NCBI GenBank assembly: GCA_000002445.1
Contig: CM000207.1
Span: 576,001 to 640,000, forward strand
Source of the DNA: Trypanosoma brucei
Lineage: Eukaryota
DNA length: 64,000 nt
Direction: 5' to 3'
Part shown: one piece after another, positions 42,223 through 54,300 of the stretch
Numbering within the stretch: the first letter of the stretch is position 1
Layout of the letters: every line of letters starts with the position of its first letter
Notes under the pieces: model-generated
Databases searched by the model: none
Seen by the model: only the letters and a program-made list of their open reading frames with translations
Told to the model about the DNA's origin: nothing
Position numbers and translations under genes: made by a program

Positions 42223-43068
42223 CTAATTCTCCCACGAAATTCTACTTCCCAGACTTGAGGGGCACGACCGGCACCGAGGTAAGGTAGCAAAAGACTCCTC
42301 GTAAGGCATTGGCGACAGAAATACATTTGATTCCCGCCGCCGCCGGCGCCAGTGCGGCTGTAAACTTCGGGGGTACTGTTGGTGGGAGTCACCCGTCTGC
42401 TTTTCCTCAACTTCTGTATTGTCAGCGAACCCCTCGGCAAGGGGGCACTCATTAAGCAACCGCCAGTACGGCGAGTCCTGAGTAATGCAACGCTGCTCCC
42501 GTATGCATATCCGCCGTCCAGCTGCCTTTGTGAAGGCTGTGGGAACCCAAATTGTGATAGCTGGTATATCATGATTATCACCACTCTCCACGTCGATGTT
42601 GATCTCGTTCTCAGCGGCGGCATAAAATGCAGTAACGCCCTCTGTAGCGCAGCTTCCGGGCGACTGCATCTTTCCAAAGAACTCCCCATCACAGGATCCA
42701 CATAGAGAAGGCGACTTTTTGTGAACAGGGGACAAGAAGTCAGCAGCAAAGGCGGCGTCTGCATCACCGCGGTCCACAGTAAATCCGTCTGCAGCCGCCG
42801 ACTGTACGGCAACCTCTCGTTCCCGGGAGTATTCACCACCACCTGCGTCCAGTTGGACATTCTCTTTCGCTTCCTCCATATGGCTTTTAGAAGTTTTGAA
42901 TAGTAAGGAATGCCTTCTACTGCGAAGCGAGGCTGGCGCTGACGCCGGCGGCTGTAGCAAGAAAAGGAAAGAGAAAGCACAGCTCGAAAGCTCTTTTTTC
43001 TTGTGCGGGCCCAAATGTGTGTCATGTGATGCAACAGGGCTGGGGTTACGGGGACAAGTGCTATCCAA
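42223..43068 (-). CDS. Hypothetical acidic protein (frame choice uncertain)
   Basis: Two overlapping minus-strand ORFs exist. This frame has protein-like composition (..FYAAAENEINIDVESGDNHDIPAITIWVPTAFTKAAGRR..), whereas the overlapping 42114..43034 frame is R/S/L-rich junk. The start may be the internal MEEAKENVQ. Confidence 0.35.
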   Translation of the reverse strand: MDSTCPRNPSPVASHDTHLGPHKKKELSSCAFSFLFLLQPPASAPASLRSRRHSLLFKTSKSHMEEAKENVQLDAGGGEYSREREVAVQSAAADGFTVDRGDADAAFAADFLSPVHKKSPSLCGSCDGEFFGKMQSPGSCATEGVTAFYAAAENEINIDVESGDNHDIPAITIWVPTAFTKAAGRRICIREQRCITQDSPYWRLLNECPLAEGFADNTEVEEKQTGDSHQQYPRSLQPHWRRRRRESNVFLSPMPYEESFATLPRCRSCPSSLGSRISWEN

Positions 43069-43123
43069 AATACAGTGGAATCACTTCAAATACCTGCCCA
43101 GCGCATACATCCACCCACACAAT

Positions 43124-43125
<2 letters not shown>

Positions 43126-43161
<36 letters not shown>
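43126..43161. repeat. (TA)n microsatellite
   Basis: Direct inspection. Confidence 0.95.
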
Positions 43162-43778
43162 TCGACTGCTACGTCCACAATCAACTTTTTTCTGTGAAAC
43201 AATCCAAAACGGTATAATAAGCAGCAGCAAAAGAAAAAGAATCGCGGGAAAGTTGCTGCGGACGAACCAAGCACCCAGCTAGATGGCCCCTCAGCCACGT
43301 GCCGGAAGAAGCGAGATGAGGAAATTTTGTGTTCATTAAGGAAGGATCCAATCCCGAATCTTCTCCTCGGTTCCTCACTTTTCAACGCAACACAGTCACG
43401 GTGTTAAGAAATCCTGACCACCCTCCTGTCTATCACGTTAAGAGGATTGAAAATGTTACAACGCCTTTCATTGTTTCGCTCAAACTATAGTTACCAACTG
43501 TTGGGTGAACGATTGTTACTCGCATCCCTGCTGCTCATTCACACCCAAGTCCTTTCGTGTAGACTCAGTGAAGCCAACCTGTGAAAAGGTGGGAAACAGT
43601 CCTTGAACGAGGCTCGCACGTGCAGTGAGAAAACACACTACTTATCATCTGGGGGTACGTAATGATGAGCCCAGTTGCTTCATCGTGCATATGTGCTCAG
43701 AAGATTATCGCAGCATTAGATGAAGCACTCCAATTTATTCACTCCCGCACTTCTCTCGCCCCCTCAGAAACCGTTTAC

Positions 43779-44366
43779 TCAGAAAGTTCCTGGACACCTT
43801 GAGTGTTCTCCTGTCGCAAGTGCGGCCACGTCCATGCCGATACTGCTTGGTCCGAACGGTTGCGGCAGCAACTCTGAAAGTCGAAAGAGCCTCGCGTGCT
43901 CCTGGTCAAAAGTAACAAGGACAACAAGAAAGTCGTTCATATTTCCCGATAAATCAGCAACTTCAGCGAGCAGCTGCCGGCAGAATCCACATGGAGGGAC
44001 TGTGGCATCAGCCGCTGCGGCAGCGGCAGTGGGTAGCACACTGCGGCCGTAAATAGCAACCGCTTGCGCGGTACGATACCCATCCATGTTAGCCTTCACA
44101 ATAGCACAAGCCTCGGCACATGTCCCCTTGTAAACACAAGTTTCGTAATTGCAACCCGAAGTAACCTTCCCGTCGTCGTGGAGGAGCGCAGCACCCACCG
44201 CAAAGTTAGAATATGGACAGTAACTTCGCTGGTGGGCACTAACTGCGGTGCGTCCAGCTTGCTGCAGCCCCTCTGGAAGTTGAGATAGTAGCTTCAAGCA
44301 ACCGGTCTTCAATGATGAGCATTGCATTGTGACGCGATGCTTCTCCCTATAGTAGTGTCTAAACAC
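43779..44366 (-). CDS. cdd: Cytidine deaminase (CDA, zinc-dependent)
   Basis: Contains the CDA zinc-ligand motifs C-A-E-A-C-A-I (CAEACAI) and PCGFCRQLL, in a ~180 aa protein. An alternative start MQCSSLK lies at 44327. The C-terminus runs ...PFGPSSIGMDVAALATGEHSRCPGTF. Confidence 0.85.
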   Translation of the reverse strand: MFRHYYREKHRVTMQCSSLKTGCLKLLSQLPEGLQQAGRTAVSAHQRSYCPYSNFAVGAALLHDDGKVTSGCNYETCVYKGTCAEACAIVKANMDGYRTAQAVAIYGRSVLPTAAAAAADATVPPCGFCRQLLAEVADLSGNMNDFLVVLVTFDQEHARLFRLSELLPQPFGPSSIGMDVAALATGEHSRCPGTF

Positions 44367-45674
44367 GTGGCCGTAACAAAATGGGGAAAAATAGGAAAAG
44401 ATTGCAATGTCGTTCGTTACCGTAACCCCCCCCCCCTGCCTTCGACAACGTTTTTACACACCAGAAAACAGAGAGTGCCATTGGCCGTGGCAAAGCGACA
44501 CCTTCTAGTGATTCGCACGCATATTCCCACACAGTTCTTATAAATGATGCCGCGACCATCTCCTAAAAAGCCCAAATACCCACCAGCCGCAGGGTTGAGT
44601 CGCGGCGACATTAAAAGGAAGATGAGCTTACACAGTGGTGCAGTTCCCCCATCAATTGTACATATGGAAAATACATCTGAAGTACGGGGGGAAATCGCAG
44701 CAAAAAACACAGATACCTTTACGCTTCTACATGTTCACAGGCAAAATAAGAACAAATACCGCGGTGTCTTCCCACAAACTTCGTCCAACCACACACGCAC
44801 ATCACATCAATGCGTCATCGGTGAAGATAACCCACTCCCCCCATAACCTTTCGCGTATTCGCGCACAACCAGCCTATTTGCGCCTCTGAGTGCCGGCTAA
44901 CAGATGTTACCACCGAAGGGAGGTACTCAATTCGCATATCCGATACCCTCGAGCTACAGAAAGACGTACTCGAGGGTGGTGTGTGACGAAATCACATGCA
45001 CTGCCGAGGCCCAGCCTATGATCCAGCGGCCGAAGTGGGCGCTTGGCCTCCTGAAGTGTTCTCAGCATTTCTCTCCCTCTGTTTCCGGGAGGCCCACAAG
45101 GCGAAATACTCGCATGCGTTCTCTGGCCGCTCTAAAATCACATCGGCAATGAGAAGTTCAAGCATTCCTCGTACATTGTGCGAGTGCAGGTACTCCTGGT
45201 CCCTCTGAATGCTACTGATGCTTCCCACACTGCTCTTAGAACTCATCCCCCCAGCGAAATCCCCTGAAACTTTTTCTAATTGATGATGCCCTCGAGCACG
45301 CTACCTTTGCTCTTTCCCTACTGCTGCTGATAGTACGCTTCACATGACAGAAAAAAAAGGTAAGGTAGGTAAAGACACTCCTCAATAACAACACATTCGG
45401 CATGTCCGCACATAACTGCTTTCATCACGCTATGATTTTTTCCACCCCAATGGCAACTAGAACAACACAGGTCGCCAATAAATTGGTCAGCCTTTTATTC
45501 ACATAGAATTTCCCCGTAAAATATCGGTTGACACACAAGCGGACACACAACACCAGTCACCGACAGATTTCAGGGAGGTCACAACATAATGAAATCTAAA
45601 GCCAATAAAACACAGAAGAAACGTATCTCAGGTAATGTCGTGGCGTCCACCCCTTCAGGTTCCTGCCATCAGCT

Positions 45675-46613
45675 TTAGCGCTTTTTACCTATTGGTGGTA
45701 GTTTCCCCTCAGAAGTAGGCGGTGGAACGGGGGTGGGTTGTACTCCCGATTGCGTTCCGGGCATGTGCGAGGCGGCGAATTTGGGCTTTGCGGAATCCAG
45801 CATTGATTCGGGGAGTGGAGGGGGTGGGGGAATAGTTTTCCCGTACGATCGCACGTAGTAACCGAGGTCCTTATCAAAGGACACACCGCACGACGCACAC
45901 TTTTTGCTTGCTTTTGGTCCCTCAAAAATAGAGGTATTTCCGCGGCCGTGTTTACAGGACTTTACGATCTGCTCTTGCTCCTTCAAATGACGAACCATTT
46001 GCCTCTCATACTTCTGTCTCAACTTTCCTTCCACCCTCTCGCGCTCCTCACGCAGAATCACCTGCTCTGGACTATTATAGAAATTCTCGTAAGCTATTCG
46101 CTCCGCTTCCTCGCGCTCTTCCCGCTCTTTTCTCCACAACTCTTCCCACGCATCGCTCTCCTCTGCCACCACCCCGCGCCGGTACCGCACCTCAGTTCCC
46201 ATTACAAATGCGCATGCGGCACGGACGGTGTTTTCTTGCTCCCTCTTCCATTCCTCGAAAGCCCGCAAGTACTCCCCATACGCGGCCTTCTCCTCTACCT
46301 CCCGCCGCCACTCTGCACGGCCTTCTTCGCGCAGGGCCTCCTCAAGGGCATATCGACGTTGATCCTCGATTGCCTCTCTGTCCTTCAGACGTTCAATAAA
46401 ATACAACAGCTCCCTTCCCCTCGCCAACTTCTTGCATTTCTCGACGTTACGCGTCGCTAGTGCTTCAAAAAAAAATAGTGCTTGCTCGACGAGGCGCTCA
46501 CGCGCGTCGGCCTCCATACGCTCTACATCCGACAACTCATCAGCCATTTTCATCCTTAAATACTCCCGCAACGCATCCTCCCTGATGGCACACAGCTCCT
46601 GTGGCTCAAACAT
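45675..46613 (-). CDS. Coiled-coil protein with a C-terminal Cys cluster and a proline-rich tail
   Basis: Highly charged heptad-like region (EEALREEGRAEWRREVEEKAAYGEYLRAFEEWKREQ...EREEREEAERIAYE), followed by CKHGRGNTSIFEGPKASKKCASCG and PPPPPLP. The ORF in the track extends to 46979, but its first ~120 codons translate a polypyrimidine tract (FFPGFFSFP). I call the start at MFEPQELC (46613). Confidence 0.5.
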   Translation of the reverse strand: MFEPQELCAIREDALREYLRMKMADELSDVERMEADARERLVEQALFFFEALATRNVEKCKKLARGRELLYFIERLKDREAIEDQRRYALEEALREEGRAEWRREVEEKAAYGEYLRAFEEWKREQENTVRAACAFVMGTEVRYRRGVVAEESDAWEELWRKEREEREEAERIAYENFYNSPEQVILREERERVEGKLRQKYERQMVRHLKEQEQIVKSCKHGRGNTSIFEGPKASKKCASCGVSFDKDLGYYVRSYGKTIPPPPPLPESMLDSAKPKFAASHMPGTQSGVQPTPVPPPTSEGKLPPIGKKR

Positions 46614-46789
46614 GCGGCGAACCGCCAGGCCAGGATGTGAGGTCTTGAGTTTAGAATGGCTCCCCGACAACGAATGAACCGCAGCAGTGGACACCAGAAG
46701 CAGCGGAGCAGAGGCGACAAGGGTGACATCCGGGCCCGAAGGCACACCCACATTAGAGCGCACGACCACATTTTGCGAATCACGGCCAG

Positions 46790-46910
46790 GGGGAAAAACC
46801 GACATGAGGCACCTGCACCTCACTAGCTTTGGAAACGAAAAAAAACCGGGAAAAAAACGTGAAAGCAGCACCAGGAAAAGAAATGAGGGACCTACAAAAA
46901 AAACAGAACC
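46790..46910 (-). promoter_or_regulatory. Polypyrimidine tract / candidate trans-splice acceptor region upstream of the 45675..46613 gene
   Basis: The plus strand is purine-rich (ggaaaaaaccg...gaaaaaaaaccgggaaaaaaacgtgaaagc...caaaaaaaacag), so the minus strand is pyrimidine-rich. It lies just 5-prime of the gene on the transcribed strand. Confidence 0.4.
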
Positions 46911-47741
46911 AATGATGTACAAAGACGTCACAGGTCCTTCCCATTCAGCCAGCTGGGCAAATCGAGCACCTGGGTGCAATACAGTTCACCTGCTTCCAAT
47001 GCTGAAAAAATCGCACCAGCGCGCCCAGCCGTAAGGCTCAAAAATCCCTCCCTCTTTCCGGAAACCACGGGTGAAAACCAGCAACAACGTACTTTGTCCC
47101 ACAAATGAACTAAACCCCGGTCATTCATTCACAAATATACACAAAAGTGAATGAAGCGAAGCCTGCGAACACGCTACGCGTTTGCGCCATAGGCAACCGC
47201 ACATATTACGCATCAACCTTTCCTTCGTACCCAGTCGCTGCGCCAACTCAACATGAAGTGGCCCTGACATCGCTGTTTGGTGGGTGCGAAAAATTGGTGC
47301 TCAGCACCCACAACACAAATGAATGAGGGAACAATAAATAAAAATAAAAATGCACAATACGCGGCAGAACACCATACAGCACAGTCGGACGCAACATTTC
47401 CTCCACCAGAGTCAACGGCACTTCCTCGCATACACTCACCTTAGTGGGCATTAACCACAGTAAGAACAGCATAAAGAGAGGGGAAAGCAACGAGCAGATC
47501 CTCGATTCGAGTAAACACGAGAAGGGTGAAGAAGGGGTGAGCTCACCTGGGAGACATTGCATTAATACACTGCTAGCGAGAGGACGTGTCATCAGAGCAA
47601 CAAAATCAGTTGCTTATAAGTAAGAAGAGGAAAACACCCCCGGACGCGTCTCTGTATGGTTAGTGCCAAGTTTCTGACAGCATCCTGAGCAAATGACGAG
47701 GCAATATTGCGTGGCACAACTTTCCTACCAGCGCCGTGCCA

Positions 47742-49148
47742 TCAAACGATTTTGTCAATCGGCGGGGCGGAAGCCCGATCGCAGCGGAAAACCTCTATCA
47801 GGTCGTTCAACAGTTCCAACCTTCTCATCTGCGTGCCCCCTTCCAGGGTGTAGAGCCGAACACCATTTGAGATGAATGCATCCGACGAAAGAAGCCCTGC
47901 GGGGTCATTTCGCAAATAATCCTCCATCGTTCTGATGGTGCCACCCAACATGGTCGCTGGCGCCTTACCTCGCAACGCTTCATATGGCATCGTCACCACG
48001 TGGGAGGTTGTTGCGTTAACGAGGAGTTGATGAAAGGCATGCCGACAGAGCTCGGATAATGCAAGTGCATCGCAACCATCGGCAACGAATTTTAGTTGCC
48101 GGTTAGAAACCGTGGGCACATCAGTCGACATTAGTTGCGACGCACCCAGAGCGCAGTAGTACTCTCGACTCTTCGTCGCCACATCACAAAACACTTTCAT
48201 TGAGTCCTGAACCTTACCGTTAAACGACAACCATATGCCCGTGTTGAAATCTACAAGGCATTCGTGAAAGTTCTGCACACAAGGAGCAGCTTCACTAACG
48301 TTAATACTGGCAATACTTTGGTAAATGCTATTTGCAAAGGAAGCATTGCCACAAAATAAGGCCAGCGCTGCAAACTGGTGAAGGTGCAACATGCGCCGGA
48401 GCAGCGCGTAGGATCCCATGTCGTCGCCGTCGGCGTTTCCCTCCACCGCAATGAGTTCATTGTATATTCGAAGCGCTTCTGAATACTGTTCTACTTGATA
48501 GTGGCTCACAACCAATGCACGCTGCACTCGCTTGATGCGAGCTACCCAAACTGCAGATGCATATTTTCCCAGATTCTCTCTGCAATCCCGTAAGAGAGCG
48601 TAGAGTCGCTGCTGAGAATCCATCTTCGTGCCGATATACAACGGAATAATGGCGCTAATAAAGCGAAGGGAAAACGGAACAGTAGACTCACTCGTTTTCG
48701 GGTCAATATACCGCTCACTGTTCAGGTCACCTAAAGATTCTACCAGTTTCTTCGCCACGTTGTAGCGCTGCATGTGAAAATTCGCAGTTACCTGCACAAG
48801 AATGAACTGCAACCTCCTTGACAATCCCTCAGCCGTTTCTTCCGTTGCCGCAGCACTCAGTCGCTCTGCGAGCTCCGCAACGGCGCTCCAATTTCCGTCG
48901 GCAGCCAAACACCGCAGACCCGCCTCGTTATGAGGCACACTGTCCAAACCGCGGTCGCAGCGTACTGAGTCCTCCGCTACGGTGCCTAGGAATGACCGTG
49001 CGGACTGCAACGCTGACGGCTGTGGCATCCTGCACTTTTTCCACCACACCACTAATTGTCTCCCCTTCTTTGTTTTATCCCCTATTACCCTCCGGCACAA
49101 AGCTCTTCTGGAACGCTCTTTTGTACCGCCAGTGTTGTACAGTGCCAA
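47742..49148 (-). CDS. Hypothetical helical (TPR-like?) protein, 468 aa
   Basis: Long minus-strand ORF with predicted helical-repeat character. I recognise no family with confidence. Confidence 0.5.
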   Translation of the reverse strand: MALYNTGGTKERSRRALCRRVIGDKTKKGRQLVVWWKKCRMPQPSALQSARSFLGTVAEDSVRCDRGLDSVPHNEAGLRCLAADGNWSAVAELAERLSAAATEETAEGLSRRLQFILVQVTANFHMQRYNVAKKLVESLGDLNSERYIDPKTSESTVPFSLRFISAIIPLYIGTKMDSQQRLYALLRDCRENLGKYASAVWVARIKRVQRALVVSHYQVEQYSEALRIYNELIAVEGNADGDDMGSYALLRRMLHLHQFAALALFCGNASFANSIYQSIASINVSEAAPCVQNFHECLVDFNTGIWLSFNGKVQDSMKVFCDVATKSREYYCALGASQLMSTDVPTVSNRQLKFVADGCDALALSELCRHAFHQLLVNATTSHVVTMPYEALRGKAPATMLGGTIRTMEDYLRNDPAGLLSSDAFISNGVRLYTLEGGTQMRRLELLNDLIEVFRCDRASAPPIDKIV

Positions 49149-49621
49149 GAAGTTGCCCCAGGGATAAAAATATATATATTTTTTTTACAAGAAGAGTTGA
49201 AGTTCATAGAATACCCAACAAGCTCAAAGGAGAGAGCCTGCCGCGGGAGACAGCGGAAATGCACAACCGAAAACAACATTGCTGACAACAAAAAACAAGG
49301 CGGGAAATATATTTAATTAGCAGTGCAGAGGACTCGAAAAATAAAAAAAATAACAATGGTGAAAGTGAAGCAAAGTAGGAAAGCACACGGACGAAAATAA
49401 CAAAACGAGAACAAACAAACGAAAAAAGAACTGTATGAAATAATGTGATAAAGTGAATGCAAAAAATTGAAAATAGGGCGGGCATATCTCGTGGATCTAA
49501 ACCGGGTAGCAGCTGAAAAGCACTAGTGAGGGCCAATCCTTCACCCAGAGCGTCTGAGCCTCATACTTGCTACCCAGTGCCCTGCCAAAAGCAGAAAACG
49601 AGCACGTGACTCCCCGAAGTT

Positions 49622-50827
49622 TCACCGCTGGCTGGATGCAACAGTACACTTCACAAACGCTCTTATATTGCTTGTTGGCGAGTAACAGTGCTCCACAACG
49701 GGCACCATGCTGTTGCCCTCGTCATCTCGTTCTGTAGGCCACTTTGAACCAAATTTTAAGAGAAGCTTCAGAAACTCAACAACACTCCTCTTCCGTAAGC
49801 CAAGTACACACCACATTGCGGGAGTGCGTCCCGCATTGTCCTTGTCGTCCACGTGTTGATGGAGCCCGTAGTGCTGGAAGAAATCCAATAGCAGTTCCTT
49901 GCAGCCAAGGCGTGCCGCGTGATGGAGTGCAGTGGCTCCGTGGCTGTCAGGGCGCCACACAACCTTCTTGCCCAAGGTGTGAACAAGTAGCTGCAGGACG
50001 GCGGTGAATCCTGCTTCAGCGGCGGGGTAGAGGGCCTCAACAGCGACCTCATGTGATGCTAATCCGTGGAGTTGCATAAAATACCGAAGGGAATCCGCGT
50101 GTCCGTACAGGGCAGCACGCTGAACACAACGCACGGCGTTTTCCTCCGCAGGCCCCAACGCACAGAAAGGATGTGAAGTATCCAACCAATGCAAAACAGG
50201 AACTGAACCGTACACGAACGCCGTTTCGTACACACTGAGCGACTGCCCCAAAGGCTCAAGGTCCGGATGCGTGTGTTGTCCTAATATGGCGGCCGCTCCA
50301 AAGCGTCGCACCAGGGCAGCAATAAATTCAACATGACCCTTTTTTGCAGCAATATGCGAAAGGTAATTCCCTTCACCATCAGGCAGGGTGAAGGTGATTA
50401 TGTCCAACGGAACTTGTTCGAACGCACATGAGGGCCCTAGAGCATAATTCGTTACATGTACACCCCGAGGCAAAAGAATCCCACCTTCAGCCATACCAAG
50501 TAGAGGGATGCTTCCAAGTTCTGCTGCGAAGTGAGCCACCGTGTAGTTTTCCAACGCCCGGTAGCCTCCGGGAAGCTGTGCTTCACTAAGTTTTTTATTG
50601 AGCAACTGCACCTCATACAAGTGATAGCGTCCGGCGCACTGATTAGTCGCCGTTGCCGGTGTCACACCACCCTGCCCAGTAGTGGCGACTGCCTCAATGA
50701 GCAGAGAGCGCTCATACCATCGATGTAGCACGTCAGCAAAGCAAGAAGCTGAGTTATTTTGCAATGTCTCCTCGACGAAACTGCGGCACCGCTGTGGCTG
50801 GCAAAGTTGGACAATCGTACGTCTCAT
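49622..50827 (-). CDS. Ankyrin-repeat protein
   Basis: Ankyrin-type repeats are visible: NYLSHIAAKKGHVEFIAALV, GATALHHAARLGCKELLLDFF and GRTPAMWCVLGLRKRSVVEFLKLLLKFG. Confidence 0.7.
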   Translation of the reverse strand: MRRTIVQLCQPQRCRSFVEETLQNNSASCFADVLHRWYERSLLIEAVATTGQGGVTPATATNQCAGRYHLYEVQLLNKKLSEAQLPGGYRALENYTVAHFAAELGSIPLLGMAEGGILLPRGVHVTNYALGPSCAFEQVPLDIITFTLPDGEGNYLSHIAAKKGHVEFIAALVRRFGAAAILGQHTHPDLEPLGQSLSVYETAFVYGSVPVLHWLDTSHPFCALGPAEENAVRCVQRAALYGHADSLRYFMQLHGLASHEVAVEALYPAAEAGFTAVLQLLVHTLGKKVVWRPDSHGATALHHAARLGCKELLLDFFQHYGLHQHVDDKDNAGRTPAMWCVLGLRKRSVVEFLKLLLKFGSKWPTERDDEGNSMVPVVEHCYSPTSNIRAFVKCTVASSQR

Positions 50828-51366
50828 ATCCCAAAGCTACGAGAACCCCATCCTTTGAAACCCACGGGTCACACAGAAAGAGAGGACGAGGAATTGTAAA
50901 TGAAGAAGAGTGCGGGGGAAAAAAACGACAGTCAAATGGTGAGCGACAACACAAGACCATGGCAATCAATGATCATGAAAAAAAAAATATGGTGGCAACA
51001 ACTGAAATCATACCCACCACCCCCGACACACACACACACACTGCAACGTTAACTTGGCCATGTCGTATAAAGAGCCTCCCATCGCAGAATGAGAACCCCC
51101 AACCACAACGAGTTCAACAGCATGATGTCTACACTGATGCGTGCTGAACGCAGCGTACACGCAAAGCGTTCCACGGCGTAGTCACTTCACCAAACAACTA
51201 AAGATAAACATTACCGATTACATACTACGAACGAACAAGAAGAAATGTACCGTCAGAGAGAAAAAACTAAATGTAAAAGTGAAACAAAAATGGAACATTA
51301 AAAAAAAAAGCAACAGTTTCTGTACGTTCGCGGCTACACATTAGCACCAACCATGAGTACGTTTGC

Positions 51367-54300
51367 CTACGAATGGGGTTGTGTGGTGATGGTAAGCGAA
51401 CTCACATACTGCTTCTCCCTGCTAAATATATCAGGTAGTGACTCCACCTCAGCACTGCAACTGCTACTGAATAGGCGGTGCAACAGAAGGTCAGCCGCAG
51501 TCGCTCTCCCTTCAGGTTGGAGGCAGAAACACATGCGTAAGAAATCACAGAGGACAGGGTTGCTTGTAAGTCCATCTACGTAGTAATCAACATCTGTCAT
51601 ATCTGCTAGCATGTGGGGAGTCTCCATAAATAAGGGTGGGCAGTCAAAGAGCTCAGCTGCTACACAACCAACTGACCAAATATCGCATGGGCTGCAGTGA
51701 TCCTCACCACGGTACACCTCAGGCGCCATGTACCGCAACGTGCCCTGTACGTCCTCGCTTCCAACCCCTTGGCGGGCCGTTCCAAAATCAGTGATTTTCA
51801 CAACGTCGCCCTTTATCAGAATATTCTGCGGCTTCACATCACGGTGTGCCACCCCACGCGCGTGCAAATAGGTCAGTGCTGTGAGCAGCTGCCGAAGGAC
51901 CTTGATAACCGTCAGGTCTGGTGGCTTCTGACTTCGGCCGTATATGATGTCGCCCAGTGAACAACAACAAAGCTCCATGAAGAGGTTCACACTGTTTTCT
52001 TTCCGCTCACAGTGAAAGTAGTGAACAATATTTGGGTGATTCAGGCTACACATTATCTTAATTTCATTAAGTAAGGCGTTAATAGACTCCTCTAAGTCCT
52101 CCGTAAAGTAAAACATCTTCACTGCCATCTTCCCCCCTGTCAAATCACTGGTGGCCTCATATACGGCACCGAAAGAACCTCGACCAAGCAGCACACCTTT
52201 CGTCCACGGTGAGTCTTGCCTCAGTGTCAGAATACGTTCTCGCTCCTCCTGCGCGGTAGCTGCATTCTTCCGCAGTGACACTGCAGTGCCGATCGCCATC
52301 AATACCTTACGGACTTCAGTACTCGATATGGGGGTGTTTATAACGTACTGAAACCCCTCTAACGCAAGGCGTACACCCGGTTCAGAGATGGGGACAACAA
52401 TAATATCGTAACTGAGGGAATGTACTAAATCCTGCACCGAGTTTAGCCATCCACGATCGCATACAATCACATCGATATCACTTGGTGATGACTGCAAGCG
52501 CTTCTCTAACTCGCATCGCTCCCGGACACTTGTCAGAGAAACAAACATCGTCCTGAGCAGGATCATAGAAATATTGTGTTGGTCCACAAGGTTTGTTATC
52601 AGCGTCAGCACATTCACAGTGCAATTCACGATGGCACGGGTTTGATCGATAACGTAGCGTTCATTCAGTGCGTCAGCTGGTCGGAAGGTTGCGTCATCAA
52701 TGTCCTCCAGTGCGGCTGTGATTTGGCAAGGAAATCGGAATACAACGGTGCCGTCGTCCTCGCGAATACTTCCACAGGTACTGCGCAAGTGGGGCAGCAA
52801 TTTCTCGCGTAACTCGCTTATCTGGGCTGTGCTTGGCGCTGCCTGGGCAACAGGAGTTGCGACAATCTGTAGAGCAAAGGTATTCCTGGAAGAGTTCAAA
52901 ATCTGCAACCTCAAATGGCATGGGACACGCAGACTATTCAGCAACGTGGCGACAGCTTCCGGGATACATGGATGGAGACAAAGCGTGCCGGGAAACAGCG
53001 AATCAACGCTCGTCTTGTGATCAAGTGGAGACAAGCGGAGCATCTGCCCCAGAAGCTGTTCTGAAGATGTCCACTCCCATTCTGCTAGCATCCCTCGCGC
53101 CAACTCCTCCACTTGCTTCCCGTACCCATATTCCAAGAATGACTGAAGAGGACCAATAACGGACAATCCTCTTGGCGTAACGGCTTTTCCTTCTAAGATC
53201 TCAGATAACGATAAGTTTACTTCCGACACCACGTAGTCGCGAATGTAGGTGCGGTACTCCCCCAAATTGTCCTTTGCATTAGCACAAATAAGAATCCTCC
53301 CAATTAAGGACCCCTCCTGGTTCAATATGGGGACAGCGACAGTGAACAATGTGACGGGAACTGTGGCAAAGGCACGCAGCTTCAGTTTGAGTACCTCACC
53401 TGAAAACACCTGGAGAGGTGCTAAGTCTCGCTCAATGTCCCCTGTTGGGGTTATAACCAAGTCGGAGAGCGGTTTTCCGACACATCCAGACTCGAGAAAC
53501 CCTGTCACAACCTCGGCGGCCATGTTCCACCGGGTTATACGGTATTTGTCATCGAAGCCAATCATCACGACCTGGGCGTCAACGTGCTTTCCTTCAATGT
53601 AACCCAATGCGTTGCCGTAGGGGATTGTGTAGTAGCCGTTCTTTGTATTATGTCCACGAGTAACCTGCGGAACCGCCGCCCCGGCCGACGGCCCCGTTGT
53701 ACTGAGGTCTCCTTCAGACGATGCGGAAGAAAGCAGCACGGTGTACATGCGCTCTTCAAGAATCCAGGTGTGGAGCACCTTCAGTGCCTTCGCCGATGTG
53801 ACAAAGAGGTAAAGGAATCCACAACTAACAACACTCACAAGGAGAAACGCAGTCAACCCTACCAGTAACCCCACGGTGGTTGAGGGTGACAGTGTCGGCA
53901 GCGTCACCAACACAACGAGGGTGAAGACAACGGAAGCCGCAAAAATCGCAATAACAAGTATAAATGCAACAGAGCTGTATGAAACTGCCTCCCTGAGTAG
54001 AACTGACATGAAAGGAAACTCAACATAAGCACATCGCATCCGCTGTGCGACCTCCTCTGCTAAACGCATCACCGGTACCCTCCAGTTCAATGATTGAGGG
54101 CCAACCACAACAATGTCACCCAAAAAAAGATGGCCCATTCGCTTAATCCGTTCATAAATTTCCCAGTCTATACTTCGTTTCTCATCGTTTGTACGGTAAG
54201 CGGAGGCAGGTACCCTGCACAGAACGCTGACTATAGTTTGAATACTGTGGTACGTAGCGAAGGCCTGCTTTGCCTCTTCACACTTGCCATCCGTGTACAC

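Noticed and set aside
42114-43034. 306 aa minus ORF overlapping 42223..43068 in another frame
   Set aside because: R/S/L/T-rich composition typical of an out-of-frame reading. The alternate frame is more protein-like, though neither is confidently assigned.
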